63,827 bases of DNA, filler included, from Kipferlia bialata (GCA_003568945.1; 4 parts of 4 records of this genome joined end to end with filler, not necessarily neighbours in it); one strand, 5' to 3'; counted from the first letter of the whole stretch, positions 1-12,783 are shown. Made by a program: numbers and translations. Notes: generated from the sequence alone by a model not told the origin.

Positions 1-31
1 CTGGGGTGGGGGTCAGCGGGAACCCCCCCAC

Positions 32-130
32 CTCCCCGTGGCTCAGGGCCTGCATCACATCGCATAAGACAAGCTGGACTAGGCACCACACACATACCCA
101 CATGGAAAGGGCACTCAAGCCGTGAGCCAT
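32..130 (-). CDS. First exon of a secreted/membrane protein gene continuing left of the window
   Basis: ATG at 130-128 gives MAHGLSALSMWVCVWCLVQLVLCDVMQALSHGE (hydrophobic, signal-peptide-like). It is followed by a 31-nt intron GT...CTGACCCCCACCCCAG (31-1). Confidence 0.55.
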
Positions 131-662
131 CGACGAACTGGTATGTATGTATGTATGTATCCGTAGACGGCAGTGGGGGAGTCTGGTGAGCGCAGTGTAC
201 TATCTGTGAAGAGTGAGGACCCCTGTACACGAAGAGCTGCCCAATAGGCCATCTTTAGTAGTGAGACTATACAGTATAGGAAAGTGTGACTATTTACTGT
301 AGAGTTGTCACTCTGGTGAATGGATCCCAGTGAGTCACTACAAGACTAGTATCCTAATAGTGACCCCATATGACAGCCAAAGAAGGTACAATGGAGTAAA
401 GTTTGCCGCACAGCTTCTCAGGATAAGCTTAGGCGACGATGAGTGAGTGTCTGACGTACATAGTTTCACACCAGAGTAGACGTCATAGTGTCGCTGATAT
501 ACCACCTAACCTCATGTGAACCCCCAACACTAACAGTAGTCCATCCACAACCACAGTAATACACTCCGTCTATTATAACATCTCTCTCAGCACAGGGGTT
601 CAGCCTGCACTGGGGAGTAGATTTGCGGCGCCACATAACACTCCACTCGAAGTACTAGCCCT

Positions 663-3600
663 CTAGTACTGCTCGTCTGGGTAGTCGTCCTGGTTGTTGT
701 CGAAGTTGGGGTATGTCCTCTTGCGCAGCTTCAGAAGCTCTGCCTGGAGGAACAGAATCTCATCAGACTGGGGGTGAGGGGGAGAGAGAGAGAGAGAGAG
801 AGAGCGACGGAGGGCACATGTAGGTGGAGAGTGTACATATATGTGTGTAGTGACTGTCCTCTCACCTGGACCTTGCTGAGCTCCCTCAGCCTACGCAGCT
901 CGGCCACCCTCTTGATCTTCTGCCTGTTGGCACTGGGGGTGAGGGGGAGAGAGGGAAGGAGACTGCGAAGTAAGAGTACACAGCACATACACACTGCCAC
1001 CCACCGCTGTGCCTCCTCTGCAGGCTGCGTCAGGGCCAGTCCCATCTCTCTGCTTTCGTTCATCTGCTGTGCCGCAAGGGTCCTCTGCCGCAGCTCCTTG
1101 GTCTGGCGCTGCAGGGTCTTCATCTTCTTGGGGACCTCTGCCAGCCTAGCCGCGTACTTCTGTCTCTCCTGCTTTGCCTGATACTCAATGTGCCTCAGCC
1201 GGGCCTCGGCCTGGGCAGTCTCCTGGGGGTAAGAGGGGTGAATACATACACACACATACATACTATATATATAGAGATGGTGAGCAGGCCCACCTTCTTG
1301 TGCTTCTCCTGTGCACTGATGTCACTCTTGATGGCTGCGTGCATATCCCTGACCACCCTGATGATATGGACGTCCTGGATCTGGGACTGGGGTGAGGGGG
1401 GGGGGGGGAGATAGGACACAGAGAGTATATACACACATAGCCCCCCTCACCCTAGTGTCCTCTATCTGCCACCTCAGCAGGTCCTGTCTGTGCAGTGACA
1501 CCGCAATGCCCTGCCTAGAGTGGGCCAGGGACTCAAGGTGCTGCACCTAGGGGGTGAGAGAGGGAGGGGTACTTTATATACACGCATGTCTACTCAAATG
1601 TCTGCTATCCACCCACCTGCACTGAGCCCAGCTGTCTGAGCTGCTCGTTGAGGCCATCAATATAGGACTTGTTGAGGAGAAGGTGCTCGCTGGGGGTCAG
1701 GGGGGATGGGGAGAGTACGGAGACACGTATGTTACCTACTATACTACACATCCATACACCCACCTGCTGTCTGCGAGGAAGAGGTCGGGTCTGAGTGAGA
1801 CCTGGCCCTCAGTCAGCATAGAGACAATGGGTATGTCCAGGGTGGTCAGGAACTCTCTCTTGGCTGAGTCAGAGTCAAGAAGGGTGGCCTCGGCACAGGC
1901 AGCATCCAGCCTGAGGTGTCAGAGAGAGAGGGGAGGAAAGGGGAGAGAGATAGAGAGAGAGAGAGAATGCCCACCTTCTGGTCTCGGCTGTTAGGTGCTC
2001 AATGTAGGATGCAATGCTCCGGTGGAACTGGGATATCTCGTAAATTTGGATGTCAAACACAATCTTGGCGGCACGGAGGAAGAGGATGCGGTCCCAGACC
2101 TAGGGGTGAGTGAATTACAGGCAGCGTTCTAAAGAATAGATAGTACTCTATACAGCACCATTACTCATACTACCCAGCACCCACCTCGTCTGTGAGCCCG
2201 ACCCCTCTGCCCTCCCCTGCTGGGAATGTGGAGCATGCGAGGAGGGTGCACTTAACAGCCTCAGGGGGTGGCAGGCACCTACCGACTGGGGGCCTCTGGT
2301 CATGGTAGTACAGGGCAGAGGGGGCAGCCAGCTCGGCAGGGAAGGTGAGCAGGATGGGCTCGAAGGGGTCTTGGGGGGCACCGCCCTCCTGGGGGTCAGC
2401 GGGGAGGGTGAATATATAAGGAACTACACTACAAAAATATAGACCCAACTACAGCCTACACTGTACCTGGGTGTACTGGGGTGTGTGGTCTGCGTTGGAG
2501 AGCAGGTCTGGGAACTGGGCAGAGACGGTGGCCACTGCCTCTGTGGGGGTGGGCCTCTGCTTGAACAGCTTGGTCAGCCTCTGGCTCTGGGACTCGGACA
2601 GCTCCACAATCTCCTTCCTGGCTGCCTTGTCAAACGCCTTGTCACCATTGCGCAGGAGCTGCACACGCTGTGTGACCTGCTGTTAGTGTACAGTGCATAC
2701 AGTGTACTCTTGGATACGTATATGTCTATGTCTATGTGTGTACCTGCTTCAAAAGGGACTCAGCGCTGGACAGCCGTGTCTGGGCAGACACCCTCAGAGA
2801 GTCAAGCTCGGACATGGCGGTGGACCTACGGGTGAGGGTGAGGTATACATATACACATATATATACAATATCCACATGCATATATATATACACAATCGAC
2901 ATGGCCATACCTCCTGCCCCTAGCCGAGCACGTGTCCCTCATGTACAGGGCGTGTCTGCTCAGCATACAGGACAGAAGCTCAAAGGCCTTGAGCTGCATC
3001 TGGGTGTCCACCCTCAGCTGCAGCATGTCCTGGGGTTAGAGGGGGATGTATATACACACACACACATATATATAATACCACCCACCTGCAGCTTCTGGTC
3101 AAAGGCACTGGACGTGTCCAGGATGCTTGTCCTGAGGTGCCTGGCCTCGGCAGACAGGGACTTGTGGTTCTTGATGTGGTTGTCCTCGAGGGCACCCACA
3201 GCTGTCACATAGGCCGCAACCTCCACCTTCTCCGCATCGCTCCTCTCGCTCTCGAGGTAGGCCAACCCAACCGGCATGGGGATCTCCCTCACTGAGTTGG
3301 AGTCTCTACCCTCTAGACTGCCCCTCATCATATCCCACAGGGCACGCTTGGCGTCCTTGTTGCCCTCGCCTCCCTTGGCAACGGCCTGGGGGTAGAGAGG
3401 TATATACAGGATATACAGTGTATGGGTACATATGTACTTGTCCTACAGTGTAGAACAGATCGGTGCACCGCCCACCTGCTGCCTCCGGATGTCGTCCTGT
3501 CTGGCTATCTCCTCAGCACTGTACACCTTCTTGGACGTGAGCTCTGCCTCTGCCACCTTCAGCAGATCAGTAGGTGTCTCCATCTGGTGGGGGGGGCCCT

Positions 3601-4435
3601 GGGGTCAGTAGGGTAAAGGGTACTGTACGACACTATAGCAAATGCAAGCAGATGGTACCCCGACACTGACCTGGGGAAGGCTCTCTATCTGCACAACATC
3701 CAGTGCGGCAGTCTGCTCTATCCAGGCCTGGACTGCAGCCTCGTCAGGGACGTGGGAGGCTGAAGGGTGAGGATGGGGAGGAGGGGTACAAATAACCATA
3801 CACGTTGAGTATACAATGAACAGTGACCCACCTGTGTACTCAGCAGCAGCTGCAGCAGCGGCCTCCTTATCCATGCCATCGTCCATCAAGGCCAGGTACT
3901 TGGCACGCATAACCTGGGAGGGTCAGAAGGGTGGGAGTGAGGACGTGCATTATATATAATATATACATATATACGGGTAATACCAACCTTAGGCATCTCC
4001 TGCTTCAGCAGACCCTCCACGGACAGGTTCCTCAGCTGTGTGCCGACCTCCTCGAGCCTAGCCAGCATCTCCACCACCTTGACCAGGGTGTCCTTCTTCT
4101 CACCCTTCAGCACACTGGGGGTGGGGAGGTGGGGGGGGTGGGGGAGGGGGGTGTATAATATATTGACTATACGATAATACTGAACTATGTGAAGAGGGAA
4201 TACGCACCTGAGCTTCTCGTTGAATGCGTCTCTGAGGCACAGTACATGTGCCCTCAGGAGTCTGCACTGCAGCCTGCACCGGCCTATTGTGTAGAGCGAC
4301 ACCTCGCTGTACAGGGAGTACTTGATGGAGGGGATCGGCAGCTCTGCCAGCCTCTCTGCAGCTGGCACCACCCTATCAAGCGCAGAGGAGGAACCAATGT
4401 CGGTGGGCATCTTGCCGCTGTGCTGGTTGAACTCC
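663..4435 (-). CDS. CFAP43: CFAP43/WDR96 (cilia- and flagella-associated protein 43), multi-exon 3' half; the N-terminal WD40 half is absent
   Basis: Spliced peptides YSEVSLYTIGRCRLQCRLLRAHVLCLRDAFNEKL, KRALWDMMRGSLEG..REIPMP and the C-terminus RRLRELSKVQ|SDEILFLQAELLKLRKRTYPNF..QY* (TAG 665-663) match the CFAP43 coiled-coil region and its terminal LR.KTFP motif. The upstream-most acceptor at 4438-4436 abuts a poly-G tract. Confidence 0.85.
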
Positions 4436-4515
4436 CTGGGGTAAGGGGGGGGGGGGGGGGGGGGGGGGAAGAGGGAGGGGGGTGGGGGGGGGGGTGGGGG
4501 GGGGGGGGGGGGGGG

Positions 4516-6730
4516 TTATTGGAAGGTGACCAGACATATACTGGTGGTGGTGCAGTGTTGGTACCTCATCCCTGCATATGAGTATTGGCTCCCTCGCTCA
4601 CCTCCTAGATTCCTCTTCGTCCGGCCTTATTCTAATGAATGGATACACTGACCCAGACAGTCCAGAGGAGCTATACAATAACACGGGTATGGGAGTAGCC
4701 CTCTATGTCTTGTTGTCGATACCCATGAGACCCATATCCTATGGTCTCTCTCTCTCTCTCTCTCTCTCCCATCCCCCCACCTACCCCTCTGACGCCATGC
4801 CCCCTGACTGTCCTCCCTGCGCAGTGTGACCCTGTCTCGGTGGATGCCCTCGAGGACTGGGCCATCACATTAGACACCGAGGGGGAGCAGGTGGGGTAAG
4901 GGTGTATGGGTGTGGGGGGTACTGGATATGGTATACGGGGTTGGGGGGGGGGAGGGGTATGCCTGACCTGTATGTGCCTGTGTAATCCTATGCATCCTCT
5001 CTCCGTCTGCTGTAGTGGTGTCTCATACCCAGGTCGGCACTGGCAGCACTGTCTCTCTGACTGCGGGGTCTGATACAGCCATATCCATAGGCTGTGATGG
5101 ATACGATGAATACGGAAACGCAGGTATTGGGAGCTGTCTTATTGTTCCTATAGTTAAGACTGTATGCTCTCTGCCTTGGTACTGTCATGCAAGTGACGTG
5201 TGTTTTCCTTGAGTCATGTGTGTGTGATAAGCCCCCTCGCTCATACCCCAGGAGCCACTCTGGACGGAGTCAGTCTGAGTGCCTCCATAGATAAGGTGGG
5301 GATGTCTCTTGTTCTGCATGGAGTGTCATCATATATTAGTATAGACACAAATGTCAATATTCAACATATACTACCCTTCTAACTACCTGGGCCTATCCCC
5401 TCTGTATATCCATCACCCCTGCCCCCCCCCCCTGTTCTGACCCCAGGGTGCCTCTGTTGAGAAGTGTCAGTATCTATGTATTCATTACAGCACTCATTGT
5501 TCTCATACTGATACTACCCCCAGGGTGCCTCTGTCCTCTCCAACCTGATGGGCACCAACAGCGAGTATGACGGTGAGTGACGCTATTGCATATGAGTATG
5601 ACGGTGAGTGGCTGTGGTGTGGTCTCCATACCACACCTATCCCAATGCCTATCCCAATCCCAATCCCTATCCCCCTGACTCGTTATAGGCAGTGTACGTA
5701 CTGTGTGTGTATATTACCCCTGACCCATAGGCGACAGGGCCAGTGCCGTGCCTGTCACCATATCCTCAGCAGAGACAGGGGCATGTGCCTACACGATATG
5801 CGCATCAGCGGCTCTAGACGTCTCAGACGCACAGGTACCTATAGTGCATATGCCATACCACCCTTGACGTCTAGTCTAGCGTGTGTTGTCTTTGTATACT
5901 CCTTACCCCAGATGTGCTTTGGCAGTGCCTGTACTCTGTCTGTGACAAGCGAGGGGTCCTCCAACACCTCTATTCTGAGTGTGTCAGTCAGGGTTCGTTC
6001 GTTGATCGTCTCCGTCTCTCTCTCTGTGTGTCCCACCCCATTGCCAGTCTCTTTCTTATCCCATTCCCAGTCTCACCCTTTCCCCTTACCTCTTAGGTCT
6101 GGCCTAGTGTGATTGTCTCAGTCGTCGCGTCTGCCGTTCTCTGTCTGTGTATAGGCCTAATCGTGCTATGGACATGTGTCAAGAGGTACAACGTGATCAG
6201 ATTCAGTATAGTTGTGTAGTATGATATTGATTGTGCTATGGATGTGTGTCAAGGTGTGATTACATTTCTTTTGGCTTAGGCTCTGATGTCTGGCCGGTTC
6301 TCTCCCCAGTCTGCTCTCTCTCTCCCTCTCTCTCTCTCTGACCCCAGGTATAGGGAGCGACGACTGGTGCTAGAGGTGGATGTACTCATGAACTCAGGTG
6401 GGAGTGCATCTATGTTATAGTATAGTATATAGCATATATAGTTTATATAGTATATATGGTATGTGTGCGTACATTCCTCATGGATGCTTGTGCGAATATC
6501 CGCGTCTCACTGTCGCCACCCCTGTCTAACTGTCAGGTCTTGATAATGTCACCTGCAAGGCATATCCAGAGAGCCACTCGAGGTATTGCCAGTATGTGCA
6601 TCTACCTCTTGTCCAAGCGATATACATATGGTGTATAACCCATGTGCCTCCTTGATCCAATACAGACATGTATATGTCTATGAATATCTGTATGGATGTA
6701 TATATGCCAGACCCCCCCCCCGGTGTATGC

Positions 6731-6761
<31 letters not shown>

Positions 6762-6853
6762 CCCATGTCCACCCTGACCCCAGGTCCTCTAGCACCCAGT
6801 CCCATAGACGGAGTGGCAGGGTCAGCAGGGCCAGTGACGCACATATTGAATAG
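4516..6853 (+). CDS. 3' part of a multi-exon single-pass (type I) membrane protein with a Ser/Thr/Cys-rich ectodomain
   Basis: About 11 GT-AG exons that read as one protein, e.g. CDPVSVDALEDWAITLDTEGEQ and VGTGSTVSLTAGSDTAISIGCDGYDEYGNA. TM exon VWPSVIVSVVASAVLCLCIGLIVLWTCVKR (~6097-6185) is followed by basic YRERR; stop TAG 6851-6853. No start codon was found. Confidence 0.65.
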
Positions 6854-7434
6854 AGACCTACCTACTGACGCTATTGTATAGCACTTCTATTGGTGTTCTT
6901 GAGGTTTCATTTACAGATTGCTTGTCAGCTGAATGGGGAATGGTTCAGAAGTACTCCGATATTCATGATATTCCTTTGACCTGTCTTATAAGTGGAGACA
7001 CGTGAAAACTGGCCCAGTCACCATAATACCACAATAGCCTATTGTGGCACAATAGGAGGACAGCCTAGATTACGTTGTATGTATAAATGTTTATAATCAT
7101 ATTGTTGTTCCAAAACATGGCAAGAAACATAGGGTGTCAGGACAGAGATAGACCATACATAGCTTCCAATTCTATTTGGGGGGGGGGATACTACCAGAAT
7201 ATCGTAGTATACGACTTGGGTCGGCGAGTAATAGATGTGAATTCAAGTCACGCCCAGATCCAAATCTACTCTTAAACAGCCAGAGAGACCAGACACAATA
7301 CTAGAGAGTCAATACAGGAGCACTGCGATTGGACTCATTTCGTCAAGCACCGCTCTCACGTGAGACTCTGGAAGAGCTGGGGTGAGGAGCTCTACTAGCA
7401 TTTACTTCTTCACCCGAACCCGTTCCTCCATACC

Positions 7435-7650
7435 GCCTCTCTCTCCTCCACTGGCATGCTACACCACTCTGCCTTGTCAAACAGTGTCATGCCAGTGGGG
7501 GGGGGCTGATGGAAGTGTAGTGGCGACATTACACTGTAAGTCCCTTTCTATATAGAGGGATACGTTACCTGGCCGTCTAACTCAGAACCCGGAGCCGGGA
7601 CAGTAGAGTCTGTAGTCAAAGGAGGAGGAGGGTCAGGGTCCGCCACTGGG
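7435..7650. repeat. Diverged direct repeat (copy A) of ~9539-9812
   Basis: Shared blocks gcctctctctcctc..ctggcatgctacacca, cttgtcaaacagtgtca.gccagtggg, gatggaagtgt.gtggcgacat.acactg, ttacctggccgtct.actca and gtagtcaaaggaggaggag. Both copies include a minus-strand intron. Confidence 0.8.
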
Positions 7651-7811
7651 TGCATGTACTAGTATAGCCAAAGAAGTGTATTCCACTAAGACACATCCCC
7701 AGAATGAGAGGAACAAAGTCCTATTACTTTAGATTCTAACTTGTATCCATAGATATCCGTTTCACGGACTATCATCAAGATATAGACCACCCTGGTCCAA
7801 TTGACCTTGTG

Positions 7812-9120
7812 TCACAAGGTCAACAACTTGTGACACAAGTTGTGGTCCAAAAGTTGTGGCCGCCCTGGGCGGGGGGTGAGTGTACGACGAGATGGTCTGG
7901 GGGAAATAGAAGGATTGAATCCACCACCGACCCTCTCTGGAGCGACAGACCCGAGGAGGGCCAGAGCATCTCTCTCCTCCCTGGGGGTGGGCATGTACTG
8001 AGAGGGAGTCATAGTCACATCACCCTGAGCCTAACTCTCCCTCTCCTTCTCCCTCTCACTCTCCCTCCCACTGTCACTGTCAGTAGTCTGAGTGTCAGCA
8101 AACTCCATGACAGGCTCAGTCTCAGGTACAGTGGGGCTGGGACCAACAACCAGTGATTACATCTATGATTCTGCATGGTCATTCTCGCGTGTGGCAGCGG
8201 CAGGCCCATCACTGAACATCTCCCTGACACCATCAGCCATGGCCCGTATGGCAGGCTACATCCTGGCAGGCTCCAACATGACAAGGTTGATGTCGGGAAA
8301 CAGCTGCATCATGGGGAAGGCCTCTTCCGCAGCCTTGACCATGTTGCGTATGATACCAGGGTTAATGCCCAGGAGCCTGGCACGGAGGTCTTCAGCAGTA
8401 CCCCTCACCGCTCCCTGGATGTCGGGCATGTCACTGCAACTGATCCCCCCAGAATCAGCGATGATGTGAGGCAGGACACGAGCTGTGGTATTTGTGAATA
8501 AGATTTAAGACAAATATTAGACTTGACTAGAAACACTCTATTGTTGAAGATATCTGTGCAAACGCTGGAACTATCAACACAGAAACAAACACACAGAACA
8601 CTCAAATGAACCAATGGCAGCACAATGACAGTCCCCTCTCACTTACTCAGATCGAGGTTGAGAATGAGAGAGGCTATGCCGGACTTGATATATACACTAA
8701 ACCCCCCGGACGGATCGCCCTGAGAAGCCAGTAGACGAGCTTCCCTCCGCTCTTTGTCTGATAGTAAGAGGTCAAATCGAGAGAACGGCAACTGTTCTAA
8801 GAGTCATACCATCTCCTCTACACTACACAACTTCACGTATAAGAGTACGTACCGAAACTGCGCTTCAGCACATCCCTCCCGTTCTTCTGAGCCTCATAGA
8901 CCCTCAAGAAGTGACTGTAGGTCGCATCCATGTCCCTCATTCTCTGCTCCAACTCCTCACGGGTGTAGGAGGAGGTAGGTCTCTCGCCCTTGGTTCTGTA
9001 GTACCTGACATAAGTATTAAACCATATGTAACGTGTCCCACTGAAACACAACAAAGAGAATATACACCACTCAACGTACTCAGTCATCCGAGACACGACG
9101 CCAGCATCAAGCTTGCTCAT
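7812..9120 (-). pseudogene. 4-exon gene of unknown function with four in-frame TAG/TAA codons in the last exon
   Basis: MSKLDAGVVSRMTEYVEW|YYRTKGER..KRSF|DKERREAR..LNLDL|TRVLPHIIADSGG... splices in frame. Stops at 8258, 8165, 8159 and 8033 interrupt a protein-like frame that runs to TGA at 7812. Confidence 0.6.
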
Positions 9121-9462
9121 CAAGTTTCTCTAGTATCTCGAAAGAGAGAGACCCTCTGCGTAGAGTGTGTCACTTGCAAATTGCTTTTGAAACGTCGGAA
9201 AATTTCCGTCCGATTTCGACGGAAATCGGAAATATCCTGACTTGACTTAAAAGCCCAGGATATAATTTTCGCGTAAATTGTCGAACCGATGACCCTAAGT
9301 TAGGGTCCCTAACCCCCCATGCAGGAATAAGGCACTGCGTCAACACTGTTGACTCAACAGGGATAATACCCATTCAAACGGTTCCACCTGCGTTACAATA
9401 GTCCCTAGAAAGGCTATTCTAGGAATGTGTAAGTGAACATCCACGAGGTCAGTGACCTCAGG

Positions 9463-10412
9463 TCACATAGGGCCCCTATGATAGGCGGACAGTGCCAAGT
9501 CTACTGATTCCTTGGAGTCACTGTTTGCATCAAGCAACGCCTCTCTCTCCTCTTCTGGCATGCTACACCAGTCTGGCTTGTCAAACAGTGTCAGGCCAGT
9601 GGGTGGGGGCGGATGGAAGTGTGGTGGCGACATCACACTGCTATGACCCATTCTCTTATAGAATATCCATACAATACTGCGGAGTCTGCAGTGCATACAG
9701 GGATACGATTACCTGGCCGTCTGACTCATTACCCGTAACCGTGACACTAGACTCTAGTGACTAGAGCCGGTAGTCAAAGGAGGAGGAGACTCTGACTCAG
9801 AGTCTGCCACTGGAGGAGAGTTTCTTCGACTGTCCCACTCGTTTGTGTCCCTGAATCAAAGACTCCCCGACTACCGTTAACCCCAGCAGGAATGTTCTTG
9901 AACCAGCGGATCACACAGCCAACAAAAGAACGCTATCTTGTCTTGGTGAGAGGGTCATGACTTCCGAGAGTGAGTTATGAGCCCAAGGTTGTCCAGTCCT
10001 GGATTCCAGACCTATAGAGGGCCTCTGGTTTGATCGTATTAATTCTCATGTCGGAAAGTACGTCTCTTACGACGGTAAATGAAGGACTGCTGTTATGACG
10101 CCAAAGGTAACAAATATCACAAGTGCGGGTTCGGTCCTCCTAGCACACCAGAGTGTTAGACAGTCTGTGTAATGTCCGTTGACTGTGTGTGTTGTGAACC
10201 TGTCTGGGAGACACAGAGGGAGATCACCCCATGCAACGATGCAGATAGTGACACAGATTGACCATTTGTGTTGCAGTAGAGGATGCCAGGCCCTGGCAGT
10301 GACATAGCCATCTGCACAGTTTGCAAACTTCCTCTCTGCTAGAGTTGAACACGGCAATGTCCACTGTGGACAGTCCACATCGTACTTGTCCACTTATATA
10401 TATTTCTGCCAC
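9463..10412 (-). pseudogene. Decayed intron-containing gene, possibly Ulp1/C48-like protease; its 3' part is paralogous to 7435-7650
   Basis: VDIAVFNSS...MG*SPSVSPRQ|EDRTRTCDICYLW..IQDWTTLGS*LTL..KTR*RSF, with stops at 10224, 9975 and 9933 plus downstream frameshift(s). The intron ends in ctaac...tag (acceptor 10142-10140). Confidence 0.4.
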
Positions 10413-10569
10413 TGTGTGTCACATGTCACAAAGGTAATCCCACATGAAACCCGTAAACACCACTGAATACAATAATGTCATTATCTATGAATCCATTTAT
10501 GAGTCCATATAGACAGGCTATCCATATTGACACTGCATTCTAACTATGCACACTGTCTATGCACAATGT

Positions 10570-12752
10570 CTATGCGTAGTTGAGGTCAAACGCATCCTTG
10601 GTACGGTAGCTGTTCTTCTGAGGGTCAGCGTTGAAGAGGGTGTACCACATTTACACTTCAGCAAAGAGGCCAAACTATAACACTGTATCATCCACACAAC
10701 CTGTATATACACATGATACATATGTGTGTTAAATACATGTATGTAGCACATCGCCCCACCCTTCCGTTGTCCCACTTGACCTCGAGCCATCCATCGTCAG
10801 TACCCTGGGCGACAATGGTACCCAGACCGTTGCCGTCCTGCTCAGCCCACTTCCAGTCTAGGGGTTAGGATGACGAAACAAACACACACACCAGTCTGGT
10901 CAAATGATACAGTATTGCCTCCACCACTGTGTCACTATAGTATATCACACTCTACCCACCTACTCCTCTCCTGACCCTGGCCCCTATGGGTAGGTCCATC
11001 CCAACGCTCCAGGAGACACTGGTCCCGACCTGGTGCCTTTGGGTCAGACTCCGGTGTATTCTACATATATTGTAAACAGTGTTTACTAAACACCCATTCA
11101 AAAACATGCAACGTACACAACTGGGCTACCCTGGACATACACTAGGTCGTGGCACCCGTCCTTGCCTGCCCTGTCGGTTAGAACGATAGATGGGTTAGAA
11201 AGGATAGAACGGATAGGTCGGTAAGATATGATACAGCCATATGTCCACAACACAGTGTGGCCTCCACCCTCAGAACACTGTCAGATGCTACCACACCCCT
11301 ATACCTGTACGTGTTTGATGTGCCGTTGTCCCATGCCACTCTGACCCACTCAGTACAGCTGCTGCCTCTGGCTGCGGTGACCGTGCCCTGCTTGGTGGTA
11401 CCAGACTGGTCACCCCACTTCCAGTCTGACGTGAGACACCATATGTATATATATATACATATCTATATGTATATATATCAGAAGTCAGGGTAGGTGAGGA
11501 GACCAAAGATTGGATATACCACAGCGTCCAATAATCGTCTCCCATAACACAACACAACACCATGCTATATAGTATTGCATATACAAAGACCAACCCCCCT
11601 AGCCCATACCTGGCCCCTCGGTGACCCTAGCACCCACCCTCAGGGTGGGACCAGCCCTGACCAGCAGGTCACCCTCATCCTCAGCCCCTGCTGCCTCTGC
11701 TGGAGCTGAAGTGGCTGCTGGGGTGTTGCCTCCGGCTGGGGCTGGGTTGCCCCCCCCAAGGACAGTGGCTTGGGTTAGTACAGGTATCTGTAGTATCACG
11801 TCAATCAAACACTGATACTGGAACAGTTGAGGTCAGAAGTAGGAACCCGTCCCATTAGAAATAGCCATGGATGTATTCCCATGCATTGCCCTCACCCTGT
11901 GTCTCAGGGACTGATGATACTGGGACTGGGGCAGGGTCGTCTGAAGTGGCTGTAGAGGCAGAGGGAGCCTGGGAGGATAAGAAAGGGAGGCAGAGAGAAG
12001 AAATATGTAAATGGGACAATTGACAAAACACTGCAAAATGAAGTGGTTGCAGCATACAGAACAAAAACATACAACAAACGACACCGCCGCTGGCAGTGCA
12101 TACCTGAGCCCCAGCCAGTACTGATACTGACACTGGTTCATCCACATAGACCAGATCGTGCTTGCCTATGCATCAGATGACGTAGAATAATAATATCATA
12201 TATACTCCAGACTACATATACGCATAGGACTACTAAAACGTGTAAAGGATATGTAATACTATATGGGGCATACATCACAGCTACCCCCGTACCGTTGACC
12301 CCTGCCCGATAGAAGTTCTCTCTAGACTCGTCCCCGCCCCAGTGCACGACCACCCACCCCTCATCGTCGGGGTCGTTCCTAGACATCAGTATAGACATCA
12401 GTATAGGCATCAGTATAGGCATCAGTGTCAGTGTCAGTGTCAGTACTGATGGGCAATGGGGATGGAGTGGATATATGAGTGAGGCATAGTGCATAGAGGC
12501 CCATACACATCGTTCACTCCTCACTGACTACAGAGTACAGAGGTGTATGCATCAACACTACACCATCCTCTACACCTACTGTATCCACACTACTATATCC
12601 ATATACCTGACAATGATACCCACTTGGTATCCATGCATCAATCTTACACAATATACTGATACCATACACTACTTGTACTCATACCTGACGATGGTACCCA
12701 CACTGTGGCCATCCTGATCGGCCCACTCCCAGTCAGGGCCTGGGGGGGAGGG

Positions 12753-12783
<31 letters not shown>

